A DNA stretch of 62,902 nt, filler included, from Octopus bimaculoides (GCF_001194135.2; 4 parts of 4 records of this genome joined end to end with filler, not necessarily neighbours in it), one strand, 5' to 3'; counted from the whole stretch's first letter, positions 1-13,347 are shown. Numbers and translations are program-made. The notes: generated by a model not told the origin, from the sequence alone.

Positions 1-31
1 AAAGCACGTTATAAAAATAAAACTACTGAAC

Positions 32-111
<80 letters not shown>

Positions 112-236
112 TAATAGTAATAATAATAATAATTTGGAAGAGAGTCTATAGCTATTACTGACAATGATTACATTAAAAACAACAAAAAGAACAACAACAA
201 CAACAACAACAGCAGCAGCAGCAGCAGCAGCAGCAC
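32..236. repeat. (AAT)n followed by (AAC)n/(AGC)n microsatellites
   Basis: Directly visible tandem trinucleotides. Confidence 0.95.
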
Positions 237-479
237 TAACAATAACGCCACTAAGTGTAACAGTCTATAATTGCTGCAACGTTTTAAAATAAATTCATCA
301 AAAATAATCATTATCAAATTGTTATCAATGATGCATGTCTAATATTTTTGGCCAATGTCTGATCGTTGCAATCATATTTATTTTCTTGGATATTATATTG
401 AAAAGTTGACACTTTCTGGTCTGAGAACAGATAACCACTGAAAAGGTCAGCGATCTATCACTACGTGTTGCACTTCCAC

Positions 480-1084
480 TTCCTTTTAATCACTATACAC
501 TCTATTTTATTTGGAAAGATCTTTTGTTATAGAAATTCACTCTCCTTTCTCGTCTCTCTTTTTTTGTTGCTATGTCTATCTTTCCATCTGTCTGCCTTAT
601 TCTCTTTTCATCTCTCTTATATTTTCCCTCTAATTTTCTTTCTTGTTCTATTATTTTCGACCTCAAATTCTCTAATTATATTTTTATATTTCTTTTATCA
701 CAAATTTCTGTCTCTTTGTCTCTCTGTATATCTATTTGTCTGTCTTTCTCTTCTCATATTCCTTTCTCTATTTTCTCTTTTAATCTGGCATCCTCCATAA
801 CACTTGTTATATATTTATATCACTATATACAAGTGTGTTTCCCTCTGTCTCTTTTTCGTTGCCTGCCTGTCAGTCTGTCTCTTCTGTCTGTCTCACTTCG
901 AATTTTTCTCACTTTGTCTTATATTTCATTCATGATATAAATTTCCTCCCACCACTTTGTACCTACCTCTCCCTCTCCCTCTACCCATATCACTCACTGT
1001 TATACTGTCCTACCCCTCTCTCTAGTTCTTTGTTTCGTCTTTCTTCCCTAACTTTCTCTCTTAATCTCTCAATGTTCCTTTCAT

Positions 1085-1140
<56 letters not shown>

Positions 1141-1426
1141 ACACTCAATTTCTTTCTTATTCCTTCAATAACTCACTCACACACTTATTTTTCACTCTGT
1201 ACAGTTCATTTTAGCTCCACCACACCTCCTCCTTTACATACACACACACATTCACAAACGCTCATTCTCTCTCTTTCTCTGCATATTCCTTCCTCTGTTA
1301 TTCTCTCTCTCTCTCGCTCCAATTCTTACAACATTTCTCCTTTTGTCCGTCACTCATTAACTCTCTATTTTCTGCCTCCTCTTCATGCATTCTCTACTTC
1401 ATTCTCGGTCTTTGTATTACACAGTT

Positions 1427-1485
<59 letters not shown>

Positions 1486-1640
1486 CTTCATCATCATTAT
1501 CCTTTCATCATCATTATTATCTATCATTAATTTCCACCAATCATAGTCTTGATAATTTTTTCTCCTTATCTCAGTTTCGTCGCTGTCTTCATTCAAACTT
1601 TATAAGCTATTCACTTCTTTTACCCTCTCTACATTTTCAC
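480..1640. repeat. Pyrimidine-rich low-complexity tract with (CT)n and (TTTC)n
   Basis: Visible simple repeats; they generate the Leu/Ser/Phe-rich ORFs in the track. Confidence 0.9.
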
Positions 1641-2204
1641 NNNNNNNNNNNNNNNNNNNNNNNNNNNNNNNNNNNNNNNNNNNNNNNNNNNNNNNNNNNN
1701 NNNNNNNNNNNNNNNNNNNNNNNNNNNNNNNNNNNNNNNNNNNNNNNNNNNNNNNNNNNNNNNNNNNNNNNNNNNNNNNNNNNNNNNNNNNNNNNNNNNN
1801 NNNNNNNNNNNNNNNNNNNNNNNNNNNNNNNNNNNNNNNNNNNNNNNNNNNNNNNNNNNNNNNNNNNNNNNNNNNNNNNNNNNNNNNNNNNNNNNNNNNN
1901 NNNNNNNNNNNNNNNNNNNNNNNNNNNNNNNNNNNNNNNNNNNNNNNNNNTTCATTCAAACTTTATAAGCTATTCACTTCTTTTACCCTCTCTACATTTT
2001 CACACACTTTTTTATATATATCTTTTATGCTCTCTCTTTTCTATTACTCCTCCTATCACTCTCTTCTTTTTCTTCGCGTCACATTTTCATTCTTCTCTAT
2101 CTCTGTACACAATCTTCAGTATAAATGATGAATTATCTTATCTGAATTTCTCAAGTGTTTTTATTCGTTCTAATAGTTATTCCCCCATGATGCATTCTGC
2201 ACTT

Positions 2205-2206
<2 letters not shown>

Positions 2207-2248
<42 letters not shown>

Positions 2249-2258
2249 NNNNNNNNNN

Positions 2259-2303
<45 letters not shown>
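2207..2303. repeat. (TATC)n microsatellite spanning a small gap
   Basis: Visible. Confidence 0.95.
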
Positions 2304-2438
2304 TAAAGATTAATAGAGAAGACGGAGTGTACCAAAAAGCCATTTATTGTCACAACATAGTGAGAGTGGAACGATGCAATAACACCAGATTCAACGCACA
2401 GTGTAAGGAACACCCCTCAGGTGTATAATATGCATTTA

Positions 2439-2571
2439 AATGCGGAGGTTTACATTTCAATTTCGCTGCAGTTAGGGTGGATATGTTAAAAAAACAAAAC
2501 AAAACGAACACATCCAGCCGAACTGACAGAATCTCTCAATACAGCGAAATTGAAATGTAAACCTCCGCATT
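2439..2571. mobile_element. Small fold-back (MITE-like) element
   Basis: Perfect 30-bp inverted repeat, 2439-2468 and 2542-2571, with further imperfect inner pairing. Confidence 0.65.
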
Positions 2572-2586
2572 CAATACAGGTCTATA

Positions 2587-2720
2587 TTTAAGAGATGTGG
2601 AATTACGTACATTATTTACATTATTTACATTTGACGGATATTTGTCCTCATTTTGTTTCTTGTTAACACACCGTTTTGGCTGATATACCCTCCAGGCTTC
2701 ATGAGGTGTCTTGGGGAAAT
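2587..2720 (-). mobile_element. Penelope-like terminal-repeat fragment with a decayed hammerhead motif
   Basis: Minus strand reads ACAC-CTCATGA-A-GCCTG...CAGCC-AAAAC-GGT-GTGT, a hammerhead layout with core substitutions. Part of the same repeat recurs inverted at about 18325-18362. Confidence 0.5.
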
Positions 2721-2727
2721 TTAATTT

Positions 2728-2820
2728 AATTTGTGTCAAAATATTTTCTTCGTTTTGAACCCGCGACCTGTTCACTGACAAAACATCGTGATGCATCACG
2801 AAAATATTTTGACACAAATT
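2728..2820. mobile_element. Small fold-back element
   Basis: Perfect 20-bp inverted repeat, 2728-2747 and 2801-2820. Confidence 0.55.
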
Positions 2821-3140
2821 AGATTTAGATGTCGAAGTGGATCTGACGGTTTTTTGTGTTCTTAAATGGCTTATAAACATCTTTCACGCTGCAATTGTAT
2901 GTATATATATATATATATATACATGTGTGTGTGTGTGTTACATATATCATACTTTGATACTGCTTGCAGTGAGATGCTCGTTGAGAGGTTCCCGATATTT
3001 AAAACAAAGTGTTAATACTTATGGTATGCAAATTAGTTGTTGCAGTTTTCTGTAGCTGCTGTATTTATTGAGTATATGATAAACAAATCGGTCAAATTCG
3101 ATGAGAATACAATAAGATTCGATTCGCAAATCGATTGAGG

Positions 3141-3240
3141 TTCTTTTTACTTGTTTTAGTCATTAGACTGCGGCCAGGCTGAAGTACCACTTTGAAGGGT
3201 TCAACCGAACAAATCGGCCCCAGTATTTCCATGCAAATCA
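3141..3240 (-). mobile_element. SINE family A, 3' tail fragment
   Basis: Matches the tail of the full copies at 23357 and 20758. Confidence 0.7.
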
Positions 3241-3569
3241 GCTTGGACTGAAGTTTGGCGGAAGTGAAATCTTAGACATAGAACGTATCCCCATTATTCG
3301 TACGCTAAAGGTGATGACGATTTCGGGGACAGTGAGAACCTCTAAGACATTCTTGAAAAAATAGATACATACATACATATACATCTATAGTACCATACAT
3401 GCATACATAAATATGATACATACACGCTTACTTATATGTACACATACGACAACTGATACGTACATAACATACATAATACCATACATGCATACACATGATA
3501 CATACCAACCTACACACAATATGCATATAGTATATACGTACATATTATTAGACATACGTGGTGATTGCT

Positions 3570-3850
3570 CCAACTTCACAGATGATTGTTCTCTCTTTGT
3601 ACTTCCTCCTGGCCAATGACGTTTCTGACTTTCCATCTACGACCTCTCAGAGGAACATTCAATCCCGTTGCTTTGTAGCTGTGCGTTTCCAACTGGTTAA
3701 GTTTGCGTACGTTGCCACTCTTCAATCCCCTAAAGACTTTCAGTAGATGTAACTCCGAATGACAAATAAAGTGACCATAAAGCGATCTGGACTTCATCGG
3801 ATTACAGTGGTGCAACGCAAGTACCACTCTCTGAGTGTCCGGCATTATTA
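3570..3850 (-). mobile_element. Decayed RTE-like LINE 3' coding end
   Basis: Translation MPDT...SLYGHF...QLETHSYKATG loosely follows the RTE C-terminal pattern (MPD..PK.LLYGEL...WE.LA.DR..WR). Judged by eye only. Confidence 0.35.
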
Positions 3851-3985
3851 CTTAGTAACAAGCCGAAGCGAGATGGCCGGCTCACGATCACGTGAAACCG
3901 CAGGGTTTACATCAGTATCCCTCTCCTTGAAGTAAGCTGTGACAACAGTGAGGGGTCCTTCATTACCGGCAGGTTATATTTACAT

Positions 3986-4494
3986 AGGTGCAGGAGTAGC
4001 TGTGTCGTAAGAAGTTTGATTTCCAACCACATGGTTCCAGATTCAGTCCCACTGCGTGGTACCTTGGGTAAGTGTCCCCTACGATAACCTAAGGCCGACC
4101 AAAGCCTTGTGAGTGGATTTGGTAGACGGAAACTGAAAAAAAAACCCATCGTATATATATATGAGAGGCATTGGTATCTAGAAGAGCCAAAGAGTGGCAG
4201 GTAACGCTAAGTAAGTGCTCTGATGAAGAGATATCCATATTATCCCAGAAACAGCTGTAAGACTATATCTATATCCCTTTCCTTGTAAATGTCCTGTAAA
4301 CTCCTCACAGCCTTGTCTCTGCTATCGCATTTTGTCTAATATATATATATATATATATATANNNNNNNNNNNNNNNNNNNNNNNNNNNNNNNNNNNNNNN
4401 NNNNNNNNNNNNNNNNNNNNNNNNNNNNNNNNNNNNNNNNNNNNNNNNNNNNNNNNNNNNNNNNNNNNNNNNNNNNNNNNNNNNNNNNNNNNNN

Positions 4495-4563
<69 letters not shown>

Positions 4564-4760
4564 ATTTATGTGTTTGTGTTTGTCCTCATACCCCAACCAT
4601 CGCTTGACAACCGATGTCCCTGTGCTTACGTCCCCGCAACATAGTGGTTCGGCAAGTTAGTGGTTAGGCTTACAAAGAACAAGTCCTGGGGTCGATTTGT
4701 TTCGACTAAAGGCGGTGCTCCAGCATGGCGGCAGTCACAATAACAGAAACGAGTAAAAAA
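3986..4760 (+). mobile_element. SINE family A (tRNA-derived head, central microsatellite, conserved tail) with an internal insertion
   Basis: Head with A/B-box-like motifs at 3986-4150 and tail at about 4560-4760; about 170 bp of unrelated sequence sits in the central (TA)n. Confidence 0.85.
4214..4264 (+). ncRNA. Minimal hammerhead ribozyme-like motif
   Basis: CTGATGA at 4220-4226, stem II, GAAAC-AGCT-GTA at 4248-4259, stem I with one bulge. Confidence 0.55.
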
Positions 4761-5109
4761 ACAATAGTAACTAGCCCATAGCTGGGACCTTCACAGGTGC
4801 TACTAATCCGGGTCTGAGTGGACATGAGAGGGCCACGGGTGGTTCTACACCTCTCAAACCCCCGGAACTCGCGAAACAGAGCCCCACAACTGTAACAAGT
4901 TTAAAGTCATAGCCAAGCCATACATTACATAAGGAAACCGTATGAGGGTTGCTATTTCAACGAAGTCAATTCCAAAACACTGTCAAACTAAAAAGTTCGT
5001 TAATCAAGCAAGATTCAGGAAATAATCTAGTGTGAATATTAATTTCGTTACAAAGATGTTGCTACCATAGAGAAAAGAAAAAGAAGACAACCTACAACAA
5101 ACATGAACA

Positions 5110-5230
5110 AAACGCACGCACACACACACACACGCGCACACCTACGCTCGCGTGCACTCTCACACACACATACACACTCTTTCTCACTCTCTCGCACAGA
5201 CACTCACTTACTCTCTCTCACAGACACATA

Positions 5231-5278
<48 letters not shown>

Positions 5279-5680
5279 CTCTCTCTGTCTGTCTCTCACA
5301 CATAAACTCTCTTTCTTTCATACACAAACACATACTGTCACACTCTCTCCGACACATACAAGCACACACTTTCACACGCGCACACACACATACACACACA
5401 CACATACACACACACACAGATACACACTCTCTCTCTCCCACATATACAAGCACACACTTTCACACACACACACACACACACGCACACACACACACACACG
5501 CACTCTCTCTCTCTCTCACATACACATACACTCTCTTTCTCTCATACACAAGCACACACACTGTCACATACACTCTCTCTCCCTCTCTCTGTCTCCCACA
5601 TACGAGCACACACTTTCACAATCACACACACACACACACACCTCACACTCTCTCTCTCTCTCACATACACACCACACATA
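5110..5680. repeat. Higher-order compound (CA)/(CT) repeat
   Basis: Recurring unit CATACAAGCACACACTTTCACAC between dinucleotide runs; a related copy lies at 7600-7710. Confidence 0.8.
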
Positions 5681-6068
5681 CAGAATCATTCACAAAAATA
5701 ACCAAAATAACCCCAAAAAGAAAAACGTTTATAAACCCACCTTTTTCAAAATACCGCTTCAATACTCCGAAATCCTTTTGGCTTTCGGTGTTCTCAAAGT
5801 TTTTTTTCCTTTTTTTTTTACCGTTTTAGGTGATGTTTGGTATATATTTATATTTTATATTTTTGTTTTTGGTAGGGATATTTATTTTCTGTCTTCTTGT
5901 TACCGTAATTCTCAAGAATTCCTGCCTGAAGGAGTTGAATATTTATACACTGGTATCGGTTAATTTCTTCACTGATCTGTGAAATCAGGAATGCAACCGA
6001 CTGGAATTGAAAATCTTGTGTTCTTCCATTTCTCCATTCCTTATCATCATCATCTCCACCACGAAATT

Positions 6069-6185
6069 TTCTTCTTCTTCTTCTTCTTCTTCTTCTTCTT
6101 CTTCTTCTTCTTCTTCTTCTTCTTCTTCTTCTTCTTCTTCTTCTTCTTCTTCTTCTTCTTCTTCTTCTTCTTCTTCTTCACCGTA

Positions 6186-6258
<73 letters not shown>

Positions 6259-6259
6259 T

Positions 6260-6326
<67 letters not shown>
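6069..6326. repeat. Compound trinucleotide array (TTC)n-(TAC)n-(TGC)n-(TAC)n
   Basis: Visible. Confidence 0.95.
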
Positions 6327-6328
<2 letters not shown>

Positions 6329-8744
6329 AATGAAAGAGAGAACTCAGATTTATGAAATGTCAATTTTATCTTGGACACTGAACGTACAGTCTACACAATA
6401 ATATTTACATACATGCATACGTACGGGCATGCATAGATATTTATATTTATACAGACATATATGTACATACATACATACATACTTTTATATATCGTGTTTT
6501 TTACTTGATAAAATCGACATTTACAAGATAAGCTGTTTCGTTAATACTCTTGAGATTGTCGAGTTTGAATAAAGTTAAGAAGAGACGTAAATGAAGTTTG
6601 TTAAAGTGGTAACTAATTCAAAGTGGAAACGAAATAAAATAGAACTTGTAATGTTCATATACATCAATTTAGAGTCAGCGTTGATGGATTAACAGCCGTT
6701 AATAATGGGGAAGGTGAAAAACTATCATTTAGCTGTTGAATGAAAAATGCTAGATATTATACGAATGTGATGACGGAAAGTTTCATGCGCTAACACTCTA
6801 GCTCATAAACATGTGCATACGGAGTCAAATACTAATGCTAGTGATGTGGGATTATATTGATCTGTAAAATTTATGACTAATTCAGCATAACACTTTTAAA
6901 CTGAAAGGTTAAGAACCATTAATCGAGAGAAGACCAATCCGGTCAATTGCCCAACTACCAAAACGTTCCCTGAAAAAAATCTAATTCGTTGATAAAGATA
7001 TTAGCGTACCAACGTTTAGTTATCACCACTGACAATGCTTACGTAGGTGTAACATCAAGCCCATTTAAAGCAAGAAGTTATTCGCACATGCATTCCTTTT
7101 AGAACCACGACATAAGCAAAACTCTTGCTTCATACATTTTGGTCATTATAGGATAATTCAAGATCATACTATCTTAAATGAAGTATACATTCTAGAGCTA
7201 AACTATGAGACAGGAATAATAATCCATGCAATCTAACTATGGAGGGCAACCACATCTTTCATGCAAAGACCCTTTTACTCAATTAGCATTAAAAATATTC
7301 CAAACTGCGTTCATGCAAATTCTATGTGGCTTCTCACATCACATACAATGGTCTGTATTGAAAGAAATACCGCAAAGCATTCTATCGACTGTACCGATTC
7401 ACCGTTTGGAATCAAGTCCTGTAAACTTTGCTGAGAGTCTGTTACTTACTGACATATATTACCTGTCATATACGAGGCTGTTATTCAACGAAACCAACCC
7501 CACTAATAACATCATATTTTGTCGAGGAATAAAAGATAAAGCTGAATATTCTTACTGTTCCGTTAGTTACTTACGCAGTATATTTTATCGACCCCCAAAT
7601 GCACACACTTTCACATGCACACACACACACACACACTCTCTCTCTCTCTCACACATACACATACACTCTCTTTCTCGCATACACAAACACACACACTGTC
7701 ACATACAGATCGTTTCGTACAGGGATATGAAAATAATAATACAAATTCATGATAGAATTAAATTATTTAAATTAATTAAATATATCAATGTACTCTTCAG
7801 TGCAGGAAGTATTCACAAAACTACAAAGAACTCGAGGAGGAAAATAGCAGAAAAATTGAATTTAGGAGTTTCATATTTTTATCGTTGTGAGAAAGAGATG
7901 TGAGTCATGTTGGATATTTAACCATAACAAAGGGCTATAACGGTTATTTGAAGATATGAGTAAAGAGGTATCAGAGACGTCCCCTCTATAGATGAGTATG
8001 GAAATTTGAAAATTTAACTCCAAATAGGTAGCGTTGGACAAAATATGTGTTAGAAATGTCCAATGGAAAGACACTCCTAGGTTTGAATTGAAATATGAAC
8101 TGACTGTTGGAAATCATTACGTAGTGTGGTGTATTTTTAAAAAGATTTCTATACATAAGAATGAAGTTTATCGTGAGGAGATGGTATATAAAGAGCTAAT
8201 ACTAGATAGTTAACGAAAACAAATGTTAGGAGAAATATAGAGGTAAAAACGGTTAAAGATAGAATATGATGTATAAAAGGGACTTATGCTTGCATAAAAA
8301 CTAATATTCGTTAGTATGTATTAAATATAAAGCAGAAAAAAAAAAGTAAAAACAGAAAAAATAGTCGTTAATATTTCAATTAAAATAGTATATACTTGTT
8401 GTGACTCTAAATATGTAAAAAGTGAAATTGAAATAGGGAATAAAGATAGGAATACGAAAAAAAAAAGTTAATGTAGGGAGATAAATGAGCTGGGAAAGAG
8501 AAGAGTAAATAAATAAAAGAAGTTTATTTTATTGAAGTATTGATGTGTTAGGTTATACGGTAAACGTGTTTTGGTATAAATATGAATTTATTTTAGAGGT
8601 AATGATCTAGCTTAGTATTATGTGAGAAGGATATGTAATGGTAGTAGGGTCGTAGGGATTTTCAAGTTATAGGGGTGTAGTGCCAGTTATGAATATAAAA
8701 AGATACGAGTAGAAGGGTGCACGTAAGTGTACAGAAGTTTATAC

Positions 8745-8799
<55 letters not shown>

Positions 8800-9061
8800 G
8801 TATAGATATATATTTATATGTATGAATATATGTATATATAAATAATATAAATAATATATATATATATGCATATATACATACATATACGTACATACTTACA
8901 TGTATACGTATATACATATGCATATGTGGGCACAGGACGTCACAAGACAACAAAAATTACGAAGTACGAGGACATGGAATAAGCAACGAAACAAACAGAT
9001 GGAAAACAAGACAAGCAACGCAAGGAACGATCCTTCGTATGTATATATCTATATATGTATA

Positions 9062-9705
9062 CAGGGTGGCTACAAAGTAACGGACCATGGGAGATATCAT
9101 GTATACTTTATTAGCAATGAAGTAGGTAATCCATTACAAATGTTCAAAGTGTTGGCCATGTAGATTTAAACAAGTGTTCATATGGAATTAACCCACTCAA
9201 ATACCCATTTATTGCCGTTAACTTGTTCACACGCTTCAACAATTCTTTGAAAGTGTCCTTGCTCACGAATCTTTTCAGAATACGCAAGGGATTTAAAGTA
9301 GCCCCAGGAGTGACCGTGGTGCCCATTCAATCGACCCGCCACGCCCAAGTCATCTTCTGGAAAATGTTCATTCAGAAAATCGTGAACCTGTAATGCATAA
9401 TGGGGTGTAGCCCCATCTTCCTGAAAGCAGACAGAATTTTCCCTTCCAAGTGAATGCATGTAAGTCGTCATCTTGTTACCAAGCTAGTCCAGATACGAAC
9501 CACCTGCCACAGACCCCTAAAAATAAAATGGTCCAATTACTTGATTGTGCCAAATCCCACACTACACCGTTACCTTGTCCCGCCTTCTTGATTATCTGCC
9601 TCCATCAATGAGGATTGGTTTGTGAGTAATATCGGCAGTTGTTAAAAGAGATGAAAAAAGAGAATGTTAGCAATTTTACATATTGCAGGATGGTGGGCCA
9701 CCCTG
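9062..9705 (-). mobile_element. Internally deleted Tc1/mariner-superfamily transposon
   Basis: CAGGGTGGC...GCCACCCTG termini with TA on both sides; minus-strand transposase remnant FQEDGATPHYALQVHDFLNEHFP...WGYFKSLAY. Confidence 0.85.
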
Positions 9706-9713
9706 TATATATA

Positions 9714-10041
9714 TCAGGTCATCCCATAAGTTCTGTCCGATTTTACCTTTTTTAAAATTGAATGAAATTTAATAGTATTTTAGAATGTCTAATGGAATTA
9801 AAAATTATTTTTATGCATTTGTGTACATTTAAACTAATTAAATATTATTTTACAGAATAATAGAATTAAAATTTCTTTGATTAAACCCTTTCTAACAGGG
9901 ATTAAAAAGCTTGTAAATAGATGGAAGGAAGTCATAGATAATCAGGGAAAGTACGTTGATGATTAAATTTCTACTAAATATAACATTTGATCACTTGTTT
10001 TCTTTATTCAAAATTCGGACAGAACATATGAAATGACCTGA
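9714..10041 (+). mobile_element. mariner-derived non-autonomous element
   Basis: TIRs of about 27 bp (TCAGGTCATCCCATAAGTTCTGTCCGA), TA flanks, and a mariner C-terminal remnant GIKKLVNRWKEVIDNQGKYVDD*. Confidence 0.85.
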
Positions 10042-10094
10042 TATCTATAGCAATAATAAATCTCTGAGCGAGATATAAACAGTAGCTGCACGAC

Positions 10095-10518
10095 ATCGTG
10101 AAGTATATTTGTCACTCAAATGTGGCTAACCCTTAAGGGTGGATGCTACTGTACCTGGTAGCCCCAGGAAGACACCTCCTCCAGCTGGCTATTGACACAC
10201 TTTCTGTGATCAGTATTTTCAAAGAGAAGCCATCCTTCCCATCTCCAACTTGACGTGATACACACGGACCCGAGTTTCTGAGTATTGACCCGTCATCAGT
10301 GTGTGACAATCACCGGTTGTCGATGTGAAGTGGTTCCCAATACAAATATTTATATATCCTTTTTCCATGATTGGGAAGGATGGCTTCCCATTGCAAATAC
10401 TGATAGGGCACAGAAAGTGTGTCAATAGCCAGCTGGAGGAGGTGTCCTCTTGGGGCTACCAGCTACAGTAGCAACCACCCTTAAGGGCTAGCCACATTTA
10501 AGTGGCGAATATACATCA

Positions 10519-10522
<4 letters not shown>
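10095..10522. mobile_element. Fold-back element with inverted arms of about 150 bp
   Basis: 10095-10245 is the imperfect reverse complement of about 10365-10522; the right end abuts (AT)n. Confidence 0.75.
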
Positions 10523-10565
<43 letters not shown>

Positions 10566-10590
10566 TAGATAGATAGATAGATATATATAC

Positions 10591-10751
10591 TACGGGTTTC
10601 CATAGAGTTTCTCTTTGCGAAATTTGCTCACAGCGTATAGGGCAGTTCGGGGCTATAGTAAAAGACATTTACCAAAGGTGCCGCGTAATGATACTGAACT
10701 CGAGAACATATGGTTGCACAGTGAGCTCCTTAACCACACTGCCATGCCTGC
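10591..10751 (-). mobile_element. SINE family A head, diverged
   Basis: Similarity to the head at 23357. Confidence 0.75.
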
Positions 10752-11153
10752 ATATATAAAACGTAAACTGGAAAGAACAAAGAAATACATACAGGGTAAA
10801 AATAGTTATCGATTAAAGACGTATAAAAAGACGTAGAGACGGAAAGACAAGAAAGATAATAATATAAAGCAAAACAAAAAAACAAACAAAAGAACATATA
10901 AAGAAGAAAAAATGTAATTCACCAAGAACAAAAAAAAAAAAACTACAACAACACTAACAATAGCAACAACAACAACAACAGCAACTATGCAGGTAAGATA
11001 TGGAAAACTAATTCCTTAGGCCAGACACTGGAGGACAAACACAAACATCAAAATAAACAAGAAAAAGAAACATAAAGAACAAAAGAAAAGACAAGCATTA
11101 ACAACAAAGAACAGAATAATAACTCACTGTGTATTTAACTGACAGCGGCTGTT

Positions 11154-11215
11154 ATGGTTAATATGTATGTATATATATGTATGTATATGTATGTATATAT
11201 ATGTATATATATATG

Positions 11216-11313
<98 letters not shown>

Positions 11314-11391
11314 TATATATGTATATGTATATATATATATATTTATATATACTTATATATATGTGTGTGTGTATGTATCTATATATCTATT

Positions 11392-11432
<41 letters not shown>

Positions 11433-11535
11433 CTATATATGTGTATATATTGACTTATGTGTATTTATTTCTCTTTATACCCACGGAGACGCACACACGA
11501 ACATGCACAAACTGTGTATATATGTGTATATGTGA
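11154..11535. repeat. (AT)n/(ATGT)n compound microsatellite
   Basis: Visible. Confidence 0.95.
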
Positions 11536-11774
11536 ATATAAAATCTATATTGTAAATAAAAACTGAGAAATAATTTGCCGGCTTTTCTCTTTTTCGTCCG
11601 TTTCTGATTTTTATTTTTTATTTTTGTGAAGGATTTTTTTTTCTATATATTATTCTCTATTTTGTTATCTGTACTGTCAAAGTGAATATTTCTTCTTCAT
11701 CTTACAAGAGAATAAAAGACCGAAAGAATGACTAGCACACACACACACATACACACATACACACACACACTCAC

Positions 11775-11814
<40 letters not shown>

Positions 11815-12119
11815 CACGCACATACAAAGAATAACGACAATAAGGATATAAAATATTAAAAAAATATATATAAAAACTTATCGTGCGACTACACACTTAT
11901 ATTGCAATACGCTTCTCGACATAGAGAAAGTAAGATACACATACATACACACACTCACGCACGCATACATACACACACACACACACACACAGGCGCACGC
12001 GCAAAATGGTACGAAATTCTGGAAGAATGATCGAACGCCCGCCAGTCATAAATTTGGTCTGACGAAACAAACCGAAATAGCCGCAGTAAATTGCCAGTGT
12101 TTGACGGCAAAGATAATAC

Positions 12120-12162
<43 letters not shown>

Positions 12163-12429
12163 AACACACATACACGCACATACACACATACACTATCTTT
12201 TATATATACATATATAGTATTATGTGTATGTTTGTGTGTATGTATATATATATATATATATATAAACATATATATGCAAATGTATACATATATATATATG
12301 TATACACACACATGCACACACACGCGCGCGCGCGCACATATATAGTCGTGGCTCCTTATCAAGCGTACTTTGGTATCAGCGAATACCTTGCTTTCACTAG
12401 TGGCCTTGAGGTGTTCAAGCAAACCACAA

Positions 12430-12474
<45 letters not shown>

Positions 12475-12814
12475 GTGAGAGGAAGAGAGAGGGAATGTGT
12501 GAGACAGAAGGACAGAGAGAAGAGAGAGAGAGAGAGAGAGGAAAGAGAGAGAGAGAAAGAGAGAGAGAGAAAGAGAGAGTGAGATCTTGTCGACTGTCCT
12601 ATTGAACTAGGAGAAATTTCACGATATGACAGCAGGAAGATAGTTTGCGCTGCATCAATATTATACCGCATCCATGTCCCCCGAGAGGATGAAATACAAA
12701 GCTGAGCTCATCGTAATATTAAATCTGAGCACAATGAGCCGGATATAGTAGTGCAGAGCAAGCTCTTCCAATACTCTACAGAATTTACCAATCCACTTTA
12801 TGTATGTTTATATG

Positions 12815-12847
<33 letters not shown>

Positions 12848-13156
12848 TCACTTCTATTTGTAATCATTTGAAATCTTTCTCTCAGAAAGGATCTAGTTTC
12901 CGACACAGATACAAAGCCCTGTCATCGAAATGTAGATAATACAAACAATGTCACGTGCTAAACTTCAAAAAGTCTTGCACATCTTTACTATTACTCTTAG
13001 TGAGTGTATTTGTAATGCGTAACCTCGTTTATTTCATTTTCTGAAAACCCTAAGTTATCCAAATTGTCAGGTAGACGTTTACTAACGAACACGAGTGCCC
13101 CAGCTACAGGTATAAATGGGAATAGATTTTTGGTAGAAAATGTACGCATGTATGTC

Positions 13157-13316
13157 GGCGAATGTATGGCTGTGTGGTAAGAAGTTTGCTTTACAAGCAC
13201 ATGCTCTTAAGTTCAGTCCCACTGCATAACACCTCGAGCAAGTATCTTCTGCTGTAGCCCAGACCAGAAACTTGTGAGTGGATTTGGTGGGCGGAAATTG
13301 AAAGAATCTCGTCGTG
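13157..13316 (+). mobile_element. SINE family A head
   Basis: Similarity to the head at 23357; ends in (TA)n and a gap. Confidence 0.8.

Positions 13317-13347
<31 letters not shown>

Noticed and set aside
1589-2002. 52-bp direct repeat on both sides of a gap
   Set aside because: Identical contig ends around Ns; most likely an unmerged overlap.
7226-7600. Non-repetitive part of the 225-aa ORF
   Set aside because: No motif or homology recognisable; the ORF is lengthened by microsatellite.
10980-10997. Isolated strong donors (CAG/GTAAGA here; others at 24114, 32390 minus, 40598, 48892)
   Set aside because: Isolated 9-mers occur by chance at this scale; no coherent exon chain.
12997-13100. Protein-like ORF (GALVFVSKRLPDNLDNLGFSENEINEVTHYKYTH) behind a possible acceptor
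   Set aside because: No recognisable family, only a weak donor, its phase does not fit the 16.2 kb candidate, and the ORF start lies in a SINE.
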